A stretch of 64,000 nucleotides of DNA from Thecamonas trahens ATCC 50062. Lineage: Eukaryota; Protista; Apusomonadida. Each line of letters begins with the position of its first letter. Position 1 is the first letter of the stretch. Positions 51,901 to 61,889 of this stretch are shown piece after piece. The notes beneath the pieces were generated by a model. The model ran no database searches. It was not told the origin of the DNA and saw nothing but the letters and a program-made list of their open reading frames with translations. Location of the stretch: NCBI RefSeq assembly GCF_000142905.1, contig NW_013657629.1, positions 186,001-250,000 on the forward strand, given 5' to 3'. Made by a program: the position numbers and the translations under genes.

Positions 51901-54211
51901 CGCCGCCGGTCGACGACGCACCAGAGGCGGCACCTCCGAGACCGGCTGCGGTTGGGATGAGCAGCGAGTGCTCCGAGGGCGACGAGGCAACCGAGAACTG
52001 GTCGGAGCGCCCGTCGTCAGACTCGGACGGCGAAAAGTAGCGCGGCGAGTGGCCGCCTGGCGAGCGCGGCGAGCGGCCGGCCACAAAGAGCGTGCGGTCA
52101 CGGATCGGGACCGAGGTGCCCGAGTAGGTCCTAGCTCTCGCGGCGCGTGACGGTGAAATGGTCAAGGAGCGACCGACAACGGAGCGGTCGTCGCGGGAGT
52201 GTGCGCGGGCATGGCCACGCCCGCGCGACGGGCCAGGGACTGAGCAGCCAAAGACAGCAGCATCAAACGAGGCAAACGAGGCAAGGACGTCAGGCTCGTG
52301 GACGCGTGAGTCGCGCGGGCGACGGAGATTGAACGAGTGGTGGGCAAAGGAGGATGCGGCGGCGGAGGCGGCAGCGGCGGCCTCGGGTGACTCCCACTGG
52401 CCGACGGAGGAGCCAACAGAGGAGCCGAGAAGAACGTCGCCAGAGATGTTGGACTCCCCGGAAAAGGGAAGGCGGGCGTTGATGACGCGGGTGGAGAGGT
52501 GGGTCATGGCGAGGGTACGGAGCGAGGAGGCAAGGTGGCCACCAAGTGAGCTGTGGCCACGGAGCGAGGGATCGACGACCGGGTTCGGCCCGACAGCCGG
52601 GGCTGTGGCGTGCGGGAGACGCTGGAGCGGGCGGACCCTGCCGGGTGCTGCGTCGATTTCAAAGAACGAGACAGCAAGCCAGTACGGAGCCTTGGCGCGG
52701 AGCTTGCCGTGGAGCACGTCGGGCTCTTCGAGGAGGAAGAGCGGAACAGCGTGGAGTGGCGGTGGGGCGAGGCAGAGGATTTCAGCGCCGACGCCGTTGT
52801 CGATCATGCGGTGCTTAGTGAGGAGTGCGAGCGAGTTGTCGACAGAGAAGACGGCGGTGCCCGGCGAGACAATGATGATGGACTGTCCGGTGCGGACCAT
52901 GTTGCGGTCGACGTTGTGCTGGTCAAAGACGTTGAGGCAGAGGTTGATGGCCTCGAGGATGTTGCCCTCGCGGGCAAGCGAGATGAAGGAGCGCGGCGAC
53001 GAGAGAGCGGCCTCAAGGACGGCGGCGGCGGCCGGGGAGTCGGCAGCGTGCTTGCGAATGAGAAAGAGGCGGGCCGAGGCGACAAAGGAGCAGAACTCAG
53101 CCTTGAGACGGACAATGAGCGAGTCCCACGAGGAGCGGGTCTCGGTGTCGACGAGGAGCTTGTAGACGTCAAAGTGCGGGGCGAGCGGCGGGGCGCCGAG
53201 CGCGTCTGCGACGTTGTCGGTGTGCAGGCGGGCAAAGAGTACGATGGAGACAGCGTGCTGGCAGCCTTCGGCGACCCAGCGGGTGCAGAGCTCCTCAAGG
53301 AAGCGAGTGGCTTTTTCAAAGAGCAAATCGCCCGAGGTCGGGTGCCACTCCCACATCTCGGCAGCCATCTGGACGAGGATGAACACCTGGGCCGAGTACG
53401 AGCGGACAGTAAACTTGGTCTTGTGCGTGACAACGCCTGAGAGCACGCTCGCGCCACCGCGGATCATAGAGCGGACGGAGACGGTAATGCCGACGCAAGT
53501 GAGCGACTTGCCGGTGTAGACGCACGGGGCGTCGCGGGCCATGGCGCCCATGAACCGCCACATGTCGGATCGCCCGATGTACTGCGACTTGAAGGTGACT
53601 TCGACGTGGTCGACCTGGACCCGGTCGAGCTCGTTCGAGCTGAGCTTGGTGATGCGGACCTGCTGCCGGTCGCGGAGGCCAAAGGCGCTTGCAACTGCGC
53701 GACTCACCGAGATCCGCAGGTTCGACCGCTTGGTGAGACCAGCCGCGGTCGGCCGGATCGAGTGGTACAGGACCTGCGCGCCGGCGGCGGCATCATCATC
53801 ACTAGTCGCACCGGCATGGGCGCCTTCTTCCGGCGAGCCATCACCATCCTGCTTGACACCTGCCACCGAGCTGCGGCGAGAGGAGGGAAACGAGGCTGTG
53901 TCGGGGTCAGCGCCGTTGCCCGACGGGCTGGTAGCAGCAGCATGCTCTGTGTTGGCGGCATCGTCGGTGGCTTCAACCGATGCGATGGCAACCATGTCCC
54001 CAGGACCAAAGCCGGCCAAGTGGTTGAGGTTGACCACCACATCAGCGCCTTCGTACTCGCTCTGCTTGTGGACCCAGAGCGTGACGGTGACAGGGCGGAC
54101 AGACTTGGCCACAGAGCCGGCTGCTGCTGTCGGAGAAGCGCCTTGGTTGGCCGTGGTTGAGCTCGAGCTTGCAGCTGCTGCAGGTGCGCGTGTGCGGTAG
54201 AACCGCACCAT
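48917..54211 (-). CDS. DEPDC5: GATOR1 subunit DEPDC5/IML1
   Basis: FKSQYIGRSDMWRF, VQMAAEMWEW, GNILEAINLCLNVFDQHNVDRNMVRTGQSIIIVSPG, PPLHAVPLF, LLPLTTDFYP, ELVSQRLAQGFQL, and a DEP-like ISGASVITTL...FVDRGWLEPL. Confidence 0.95.
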   Translation of the reverse strand: MVRFYRTRAPAAAASSSSTTANQGASPTAAAGSVAKSVRPVTVTLWVHKQSEYEGADVVVNLNHLAGFGPGDMVAIASVEATDDAANTEHAAATSPSGNGADPDTASFPSSRRSSVAGVKQDGDGSPEEGAHAGATSDDDAAAGAQVLYHSIRPTAAGLTKRSNLRISVSRAVASAFGLRDRQQVRITKLSSNELDRVQVDHVEVTFKSQYIGRSDMWRFMGAMARDAPCVYTGKSLTCVGITVSVRSMIRGGASVLSGVVTHKTKFTVRSYSAQVFILVQMAAEMWEWHPTSGDLLFEKATRFLEELCTRWVAEGCQHAVSIVLFARLHTDNVADALGAPPLAPHFDVYKLLVDTETRSSWDSLIVRLKAEFCSFVASARLFLIRKHAADSPAAAAVLEAALSSPRSFISLAREGNILEAINLCLNVFDQHNVDRNMVRTGQSIIIVSPGTAVFSVDNSLALLTKHRMIDNGVGAEILCLAPPPLHAVPLFLLEEPDVLHGKLRAKAPYWLAVSFFEIDAAPGRVRPLQRLPHATAPAVGPNPVVDPSLRGHSSLGGHLASSLRTLAMTHLSTRVINARLPFSGESNISGDVLLGSSVGSSVGQWESPEAAAAASAAASSFAHHSFNLRRPRDSRVHEPDVLASFASFDAAVFGCSVPGPSRGRGHARAHSRDDRSVVGRSLTISPSRAARARTYSGTSVPIRDRTLFVAGRSPRSPGGHSPRYFSPSESDDGRSDQFSVASSPSEHSLLIPTAAGLGGAASGASSTGGGSSDAGAAAAGPARKPGSTAARVYDADNPFKPLTQQGRNASRRRWTHIAPASAQVVAQTSGCASFTPSGPNWLSLCSPALLPLTTDFYPDSSELRQRGFQQRPHSVTPDLDDVKYAAMSAMMKELVSQRLAQGFQLYVPDAAEATKSAHTALFPWLAGRGAASNSPPKIPARTTSRISSRRLTASSRRQARKLLASPEPGADGGGSATVKMSIGQTYHEITEGDNETIQVTIHGLPPDSDYLKSMRFDYEYYTWTLLSDAYVVSRVELTPHLLSEYDWNAQDNMVSGMLEPSQPQVTPLAWWRVRLALVPDLDSARDPETAAGAFSKFVSNIVRTARSEQQTALAVRVAPSVSGAAVGVYRGRSRGRHRSGSTATAPRSGEDITTGFRISLLYPYLKFTCGVGEFGAALGEYVAMRDACGEVLHAVAHRVSHVAATTRVESVPDTISAYYWGLLSHVAACLANAAGDIAISGASVITTLKTNMCLDARLDAAALAAVFVDRGWLEPLRGAVHAAAASGTVATAAVTDAASSSYSWAVAGPAKPLAELAQLRVLPEPSTVALPNGDIDVPELLANYFPSAADEADMAASPAFRLVDLDALDSTGRPEWLKIEYEGAYWPSKVWHMELQWLVASGVSIREFLTSCTRRARQCGFSLVQVPVGSRGRERTPIWRARTHIGLDPTLVADQPHLLPLVKATVLARFEFLLDNVQREPETGTMSRTYLHVSGVAVLYEADDGFWWSGNPMQPDQALWELFRAFTAFCADANRILQLLYPADERYTLAAAHGGHELHTELVAWLRARAEASLRQGALFAVQARRLGVTETLLNSFRSGGRSRKVEGALLAMYGGGEAVRELVLDEFDARDLPGGQEPSVAKLSDELCNWLREQLVRVPDRNELAKRLGVSPVLLQRFATGRRVKLVENMLLLHFGRAVQIDEEAEAAAAAAASAAAAAADVAAALAAGKIEAAGDASRLVLYYTLSGIDWDMQAQLLSGSS

Positions 54212-54541
54212 GGCCGAAGTTGTGGTGGGGGGGGGGAAGAGGGGTGCTGGCTGTCTTGCCCGAGCCGGAGTCAGAGCCCGGACTTGGGCTTGCGAGGGGC
54301 GGTCACCATGCGAGGTGGCTCATCGATCGCTGATAGATGAGGCTCGTTTGTTTCAATCGGGGAAAGCTAGAGGGGGGAAATAGAGCCGTAGATGGCTGGG
54401 TGGCTGGCTTGGTGGCTGGCTGGCCGCCTACCTGCTGAGAGAGCGGCAGGTGTGGCTTCCCAGTGTGTTGAAAGCCACGAGCGGCAGGTAGTAGGATGCC
54501 ACCGCGAGTCAAGGATGCGTCTAGAGGGAGGGCGGTGAGGC

Positions 54542-54952
54542 CTACGCCGACTTGGCCTTGGCATCGGCATCGGTGCAGCCGTTGTGCATGGAGATGAGCC
54601 AAGGGGTGTAGGAGGTGGCCATGACGAAAAAGACGCCGTAGACGGCGAGCGGGACCGAGGCGAAGCCGGCAGCAGCGATCTGCGGATAAGCGATGAGGAC
54701 AAGGAAGATGGTCTTGTAGACAACCTGCATGAGGACAAGAGCCTTGCATGCGTGCGGAGCGTAGAGGCCGATGAAGGAGACGATGAGGACGGCTGTCCAC
54801 ATGGCGGCAAGGAGTGCGGCAAAGTTGTCGGACCACGTCCCAAACTTGCCCTCGAACAGGTGCTCCTCGGCAAGGCCGGTCCACAGCAGGGCACAGACTG
54901 GGAGCAGGACAACAATGTTGAGGATGTACGGGTAGCGTTCAATAAGAGCCAT
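54542..54952 (-). CDS. Small multi-pass membrane protein of bacterial-like type
   Basis: About four hydrophobic helices; motif AMWTAVLIVSFIGLYAP...LVLMQVVYKTIFL. Confidence 0.65.
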   Translation of the reverse strand: MALIERYPYILNIVVLLPVCALLWTGLAEEHLFEGKFGTWSDNFAALLAAMWTAVLIVSFIGLYAPHACKALVLMQVVYKTIFLVLIAYPQIAAAGFASVPLAVYGVFFVMATSYTPWLISMHNGCTDADAKAKSA

Positions 54953-55252
54953 CGTTGCCTGTAATAAGCGTGCCGTGTGCAGAGTTGCAAAGTGTACGGT
55001 ATGGCCCACGCGTGCGTTGGCCACGTCCTACCAATCAAAAGAGTACGTCAATGGCCACAATGCGGGCCCACAAGCCAAAGATCAATGGCCACGCCATGTT
55101 GATCAATGGCACGCCATGTTGATCAATGGCCACACCGTGTCTCCAACCACCAACCAACCAACCGCCAACCAACCACCGGCCACCCACCACAAGCCCACCA
55201 CCTTTCACCTCTGCCAACACTCCGCTCCCACCCCCGGACAGCGAGTGCAGGT

Positions 55253-58200
55253 ATGGGCCAGTACCTTGCGCGGAATGTGGAGCGAAGGGGAGACGGGCAG
55301 CTGAAGCGGTCCGAGGGCAATGCCGCTGTGGTGGCAGAGCTGCTCGAGGGTGTTGTCCATATCAACGACAACTTTCCCCGTGAGGCCGCCATTGCCTTTG
55401 CCTCCCCGCTCACCTTCCCCTCTTCCGTATCCTCACTGGACGCCTTTGAGGCTCTCCCAGACTATGTTCACGACCCGTCTGCCCACGCCATTGTCTCGCT
55501 GGTACGTACCCTCCTCCTCCCCCCCCGTGNNNNNNNNNNNNNNNNNNNNNNNNNNNNNNNNNNNNNNNNNNNNNNNNNNNNNNNNNNNNNNNNNNNNNNN
55601 NNNNNNNNNNNNNNNNNNNNNNNNNNNNNNNNNNNNNNNNNNNNNNNNNNNNNNNNNNNNNNNNNNNNNNNNNNNNNNNNNNNNNNNNNNNNNNNNNNNN
55701 NNNNNNNNNNNNNNNNNNNNNNNNNNNNNNNNNNNNNNNNNNNNNNNNNNNNNNNNNNNNNNNNNNNNNNNNNNNNNNNNNNNNNNNNNNNNNNNNNNNN
55801 NNNNNNNNNNNNNNNNNNNNNNNNNNNNNNNNNNNNNNNNNNNNNNNNNNNNNNNNNNNNNNNNNNNNNNNNNNNNNNNNNNNNNNNNNNNNNNNNNNNN
55901 NNNNNNNNNNNNNNNNNNNNNNNNNNNNNNNNNNNNNNNNNNNNNNNNNNNNNNNNNNNNNNNNNNNNNNNNNNNNNNNNNNNNNNNNNNNNNNNNNNNN
56001 NNNNNNNNNNNNNNNNNNNNNNNNNNNNNNNNNNNNNNNNNNNNNNNNNNNNNNNNNNNNNNNNNNNNNNNNNNNNNNNNNNNNNNNNNNNNNNNNNNNN
56101 NNNNNNNNNNNNNNNNNNNNNNNNNNNNNNNNNNNNNNNNNNNNNNNNNNATAATGCACCGACTACACGCCCCATCCCCCCACCTTGTCCCACCTCCCTC
56201 TCCCCGCCCGCTCGCTTCCGTCCCCGATCACGGCCTTTTCCGCTCAACGGCAAACGGCGTTGATCAACCGCCGTCATGCTCACCCCCTCCCCCCAACATA
56301 CGCACAGGAAAAGCACCCAGTCTCCGGCGCGCCGCTGTACTCGCTGGGAGGTGGCAAGGCGAGCGTGTGCTCAGTCAGCACGCTCGCCAAGCACCTGGAA
56401 GTGGCCAGCTCGCCGACGAACGAGATGCGGGCGCTGGTGGAGGCCAACCCGCAGGCGATCAACACGGTGGCCGGCGTGGCCGGCGAGCCGGGCGACATCC
56501 TCATGCAGGGCTTCCGGATGATGAATGCGCAGACGGGCGACGAGGCTGCGGCGACGTCAGAGCGGATGCAACTGATGATTGTTATCAACCAGATGGACCT
56601 CGAGCTGTTGGCCAAAGCCGTGGACGACGCCAAGAGCTCGTCGACCTCGCTCACCCGCGACCAGGTCCTGCACGAGGTCGAGTATCTCGGTCGGTTTGTG
56701 GAGAACTCGGTGCAGACGCTGCTTGCGCACGTAGGCTTTGATCCCAACTTTGTGTTCAACTCGGAGCCGCAGGTCCCGCCGTGGCGCGAGGCCCGCGGCG
56801 AGCTGGCGTACCTGGTGGTGCGGACGGCCGACGGCGAAGAGTTTTTCATCACGGCTTCGCGCAAGGGCTACTTTGTCAACGGCGGCTACGCCGAGTCTGC
56901 CGACGGCACGCGGCTGAGCTACGATCCGGCGTCGGGGCTTGTGCCGTCGCTTGTAGACCTGCTCCGGGCGCACTCGCCGCGCATCGCCAAGCACATCGAC
57001 AAGCAGCTCTTTGCGTTCCGGTCGCGGGCCGGCGGCGAATTTCGGCCGACGGGCGAGGCGGCTGCAGCGCAGGGTCCTCGGACGCGCGAGTCGCGTGGAA
57101 CCCGCCGCTCGGCGCGGCCAGTGGGCGGCGGGCGGAATGGCGGGCGGGGCCGGCGTCGGCGGACGCGGCGGGCCGAGGCGGCTAGCGGCGAGTCGTCGCG
57201 GCGGCTGCGCAAAACACTTGAGGACGACAAGCCGCCGTCGTCCAAGTGGGTGGCGCTCGACGAGACGGCAATCGACTATGAGTACCTCTCACAGCAGCGG
57301 CGGGCGCGCGAGTCGGAGCTCGCCGCTGTCCACCACTCGACACTGGACGCGCTGCTGGAGACCGGGCAGGCGTCACGGCCAGGGACGCGGGGCGAGCGGC
57401 CGACGACGCCGGCTGACTACCACGGCAATGTGTACTCGGACGCCGAGTCTGACGACGAGGTTGTCGAGTTCCAGCCGTTTGCGCTGCAGCAGCGGGACTA
57501 TCCCATTTTCGAGCGGGTCCAAAAGCTGGTGGGCATTCTGCGGAGCTCGACCGAGACGGTCACGGTCCTCTGCCTTGTCCACCTCCTCGACTCGGAGCTG
57601 GAGAAGGAGACGGCGCAGCTGGCGATTCTGGAGGGCGGTGGGCTCGACGTGCTCATCAACTTGCTGACAGTCCACTACTCGCGGCCGCAGCTGGCAGCGC
57701 TCAAGGTGCTGTGGCGGATCATGGAGTCGCCGCGGATGAAGACGTGCCTCGAGGGCCTCGACGGGGTGGCGCCGCTCTGTGAGCTCTGCTCCTCGGGCTC
57801 GGACGCGGTCAAGACGCTGGCGGCGGACACGCTCGCCAAGGTCTGCACCAACCCGCGCAACCGGCGCGCAGTCCGGCGGCATGGAGCCATCCCATATCTT
57901 GTCTCGCTGCTGGACGTGTCTGCGGCGTTGCCGGAGAGCAACCCACTGCCGCTGCTGGAGGCTGGAGCGCGTGCGCTGTACGTGCTCGCGGGCTCACGCA
58001 AGAACCAGCTTGCAATCCGTGCGGCGAGCGTGGCGCCGCTGCTTGCTGCAATCCTGACCGATGCCGACGCGGCCCAGCCGCAGCTGGCCGGCCTCGGCCC
58101 GCTTGACACGCTGCTGGTGCCGGTGGTGGGTGTCCTGGAGCGGTGCGGCGGCGACGCGTCGTTCCGAGCCGAGGTCCGGTCGCTCGGACTCATTCCGTAT

Positions 58201-59355
58201 GTGGTCGAGCTGCTGAGCTCGGGCAATCTTGCACTGCGGACGCAGGCGGCGTCAGCGCTGTTCCGGCTCGCTGCTGACGAGGAGACGCAGGGTCAGGTGT
58301 CGGAGGCCGGGCTGGTGGCGCTGGTTGCGCTCCTCGCCACCGACGATGAGCACCTGCTCGAGTCTGTGACTGGATGCGTGTGGAAGCTGGCGTCCAAGAT
58401 GGAGAACGTGGCGCTCCTTGCGCGGCGCGGGGCGATATCGACACTCGTGGCGCACGTCTCGCACCCGAACGAGGCGGTGGTGATCAATGCGGTCGGCGCG
58501 CTGACCAAGGCTGCGGCGTCGCCGCCGGTCCGCAAGACCATCCACGACGCGGGTGGCATTGCGGTCCTTGTGGACAAGCTCAAGGAGACTAACGAGCAGC
58601 TGCTCATCAACGCGTCGCAGTGCCTCGGGGCGTGCGCCATCCACCCTCCGTGCCTCAAGGTCATTCTGGACGAAGAGGTGGACGGTGTCAAGTACCTCTG
58701 GTCGCTGCTCAAGAAAAAGTCTGCGGCGGTTGTCGAGTCTGCGGCGTGGTCGATTGCGTCGTGTATCTCATCGGGCGCGGTCTCTGGCCACCTCATCAAC
58801 CAGTTTGTGGGTGGGCTCGAGCTCATTGTGGGCCTCCTCAAGGTGCCCGACGACAACGTGCGGGCCGGCGTTTGTGCGGTCATTGCGCAGATTGCCAAGA
58901 ACCGCGACAACCTGGCGGTCATCACCGACCACGGCGTCATCTGGCTGCTCTCGGACCTGACGCCGACGAGCAACGACCACCTGAGACAGTATCTCGCCGA
59001 GGCCATTGCCGAGTGTTGCTCGTGGGGCTCGAACGGAGTCGGGTTTGGCCAGGCTGGAGCGGTCCGCCCGCTCGTCGGCTACCTTGCGTCGCGTGACCCG
59101 GATGTCCACCGCGCCACTGCTCGCGCCCTCCACCAGCTCTCGTTCCACGCCGCCAACTGCCTGCAGATGCACGACGAGGGCGTCGTCCCGCCGCTCCTCA
59201 ACCTCATCGGCTCGCCGGACACCAGCCTTTCCGAGGCCGCCGCCGGCGCCCTCGCCAACATCCGCGCCCTCGCTCTTGCCAACGAGCGTGCCGCCCACAA
59301 CGATCCGGACGCTGTGCCTGGCCCCACGTCTTCATATCCTGACGACGGCGTGTAG
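55253..59355 (+). CDS. ARMC4: Armadillo repeat protein ARMC4/ODAD2 (outer dynein arm docking complex); exons 55253-55501 and 56308-59355
   Basis: VQKLVGILRSSTETVTVLCL, FVGGLELIVGLLK, NLAVITDHGV, VHRATARALHQLS, EAAAGALANIRALALANE. Phase-0 intron GTACGT...CAG spans the N gap. Confidence 0.93.
55530..56150. other. Assembly gap (N run), inside the putative ARMC4 intron
   Basis: Run of N. Confidence 1.
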
Positions 59356-59570
59356 TGAACAAAGTAGCAGAGCAGCAAGCCCGTCATGGAAGGAGGGGGG
59401 GGAGGGGGAGGCGAACGACGCTTGGCAAATGGTCGTCGACACCGGTGTGGCTCCATCCAGAATTCGGAAGGCTTCACCAGACCTGACGGACGGGCAAGGG
59501 CGGGCGGGGCTTGTTGAGCGAAACACATTACTCACACTCCCCTCCATTTCACCCGGAAACACCGTCACTT

Positions 59571-61325
59571 ATGTCGTTGAACCCGGCTGCTGCCGAGTGG
59601 AAGCCCTCTGCCTCTGCCGCTGTCTTTGTCCCGGCTTCGGTTGCCGCAACCACCACTCCGCCGCCTGCTGCGGATCCCACGCCCGAGGCCGAGGCCGAGG
59701 CTGCTGCTGCTGCTGCTGCTGCTGCCGCTGCCGAGGCTGAGGCTGCTGCCGCTGCCGAGGCTGAGGCTGCTGCCGCTGCTGCTGCCGAGGCTGAGGCTGC
59801 TGCCGCTGCTGCTGCCGAGGCTGAGGCTGCTGCCGCTGCTGCTGCCAAGGCTGAGGCTGCTGCCGCTGCCGAGGCCGAGGCTGCTGCCGCTGCTGCTGCC
59901 GAGGCCGCTGGCGACGACGCCAATGCGGCAGACGGTGGCGACGGCGAGGCCGGAGCATCGAGCTCGGCCAAGAAGGCTGTGGTGAGTGAGCGGGCGGAGA
60001 AGCATGTGAACATTGTGTTCATTGGGCATGTGGATGCCGGCAAGTCGACGATCTCGGGCCACATCATGTACTTGACGGGTGGGCTGGACCAGCGGACGCT
60101 GGACAAGTACGAGCGTGAGGCCAAGGCCAACTCGCGTGAGTCGTGGAAATACGCGTGGGCGATGGATACGACGGAGCAGGAGCGCGACCGTGGCAAGACG
60201 GTGGAAGTCGGGCGTGCGTCGTTCTCGACCGGCTCGAAGCGGTTCACCATTCTAGACGCGCCCGGGCACAAGGCGTACATCCCGCACATGATTGGCGGAG
60301 CGTCGCAGGCAGACGTGGGCGTGCTTGTTGTCTCGTCGCGGAAGGGCGAGTTTGAGACCGGGTTTGACCGCGGCGGGCAGACCCGCGAGCACGCGATGCT
60401 TGCCAAGACGGCCGGCGTCAAGCAGCTCATTGTGGTGATCAACAAGATGGACGACGAGTCTGTCAACTGGTCGAAGGACCGGTTTATGGAGATTGTGAAG
60501 AAGATCAAGCCGTACCTCAAGGGGGTCGGGTACTCCAAGTCCGACCTTGTGTTCATGCCTGTCTCGGGCCTTGCCGGGTACAACCTCAAGGAGCCGATTC
60601 CTGAGGGCCTCTGCCCATGGTACAAGGGCCCGCCGCTTCTCACGCTCCTTGAGCAGCTGCGGCCGCCGCAGCGGCTGATGGACGCCGCGCTGCGGCTCCC
60701 GATTGCCGACTCGTACCGCGACATGGGCGTGGTGGTGATGGGCAAGCTCGAGGCCGGTACGATTGCCAACGGTGCCAACCTGGTCCTCATGCCGAACCAA
60801 ATGCCGGTCGAGGTCATTGGCCTGTGGATCGACGAGTACGAGGTCGAGGTGGGTGAGCCAGGCGACAACCTTAAGATCAAGCTCAAGGGTGTGGACGAGG
60901 GCGATGTCAAGAACGGGTTTGTGCTCTGCGAGCCCGACAACCTCGTCTCGTACGTCACCGAGTTTGAGGCGCAAGTCATGCTCCTTGACATTACCAACAT
61001 CCTCGCGCCAGGCTTCAAGTGCATCCTCCACGTCCACGCGTGCGTGGAGGAGGTCGAGTTTGCCAAGCTCGTCTCGGTCATCGACCGTAAGACCGGCGAT
61101 GTCGTCCAGACCCGCCCGCGCTTTGGCAAGCAGGGCCAAACCATCATCGCGCGGCTTAAGACCGAGCAGCCGATCTGTGTCGAGACCTACGCTGACTTTG
61201 CCCAGCTCGGCCGCTTCATGCTCCGCGACGAGGGCAAGACCATTGCCGTCGGCGTCATCAAGTCGCTCGGCAAGAAGAAGAAGCGCCGGAAGAACAAGGA
61301 TGCGGCGGCGGCTTCGTCATCGTAA
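59571..61325 (+). CDS. SUP35: Eukaryotic peptide chain release factor 3 (eRF3/SUP35/GSPT)
   Basis: HVNIVFIGHVDAGKST, GKTVEVGRA, DAPGHK, GFDRGGQTREH, NKMDD, GRFMLRDEGKTIAVG, plus N-terminal PAM2-like motifs. Confidence 0.96.
   Translation: MSLNPAAAEWKPSASAAVFVPASVAATTTPPPAADPTPEAEAEAAAAAAAAAAAEAEAAAAAEAEAAAAAAAEAEAAAAAAAEAEAAAAAAAKAEAAAAAEAEAAAAAAAEAAGDDANAADGGDGEAGASSSAKKAVVSERAEKHVNIVFIGHVDAGKSTISGHIMYLTGGLDQRTLDKYEREAKANSRESWKYAWAMDTTEQERDRGKTVEVGRASFSTGSKRFTILDAPGHKAYIPHMIGGASQADVGVLVVSSRKGEFETGFDRGGQTREHAMLAKTAGVKQLIVVINKMDDESVNWSKDRFMEIVKKIKPYLKGVGYSKSDLVFMPVSGLAGYNLKEPIPEGLCPWYKGPPLLTLLEQLRPPQRLMDAALRLPIADSYRDMGVVVMGKLEAGTIANGANLVLMPNQMPVEVIGLWIDEYEVEVGEPGDNLKIKLKGVDEGDVKNGFVLCEPDNLVSYVTEFEAQVMLLDITNILAPGFKCILHVHACVEEVEFAKLVSVIDRKTGDVVQTRPRFGKQGQTIIARLKTEQPICVETYADFAQLGRFMLRDEGKTIAVGVIKSLGKKKKRRKNKDAAAASSS
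59684..59910. repeat. Coding Ala/Glu repeat (AAAAAAEAE-type) in the eRF3 N-terminal region
   Basis: Tandem gctgctgccgaggctgag-type units. Confidence 0.9.
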
Positions 61326-61889
61326 CGCGCCCTCCCCTCTCCTCTCATTCTTCTCTCGCTTTTAATGGAATCAAAGTAATGTGTCTCGTTTGTGTCGTGA
61401 GTCGTGGTGTTGTAAGTGGTCGGGTGACGGGTGGTGGCTGGGTCGGCTACACCCCACTTGCCTTGACAGACTTTACCGAGTACGTTGGGATGTAAGAGGG
61501 GTAAGGGGGGAAGGGGGGGGGGGGTGGGGGTTGGGGGGGTTGCGGGGGGATTGGTGTTAGGGGTGGGGGGAGGAGGGTGGCAGGGGTGGGGGAGGTGGGG
61601 AGGTGTGTGGCTTGCCGGTGTGGCTTGGGCAAGCCGCGAGAGTCGACGGCAGCCGCCACAGCCGCCACAGCCACCGCAACCACCACATCCACACACACCC
61701 TCCCTGCACGAATAAGTACCCCCACACACACACGTAGAGGTATATGCGCTGGATGTATGGACACGCTCGTGGGTGCTCTGCAAGTAAGGGTGTGGGTGGG
61801 TGGGTGAGGGAGGAAGGCAGTGGTAGATTCGTGGAGATGCGACCTTTTTTTGGCTTGACGGCCTTTTCCTGGAGGCAGGCGAGGCGCGT

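Noticed and set aside
18898-59355. Co-regulated ciliary gene cluster (SHIPPO, RPGRIP1L, ARMC4)
   Set aside because: Genes are about 15 kb apart with unrelated genes between them, and no convincing shared X-box was found
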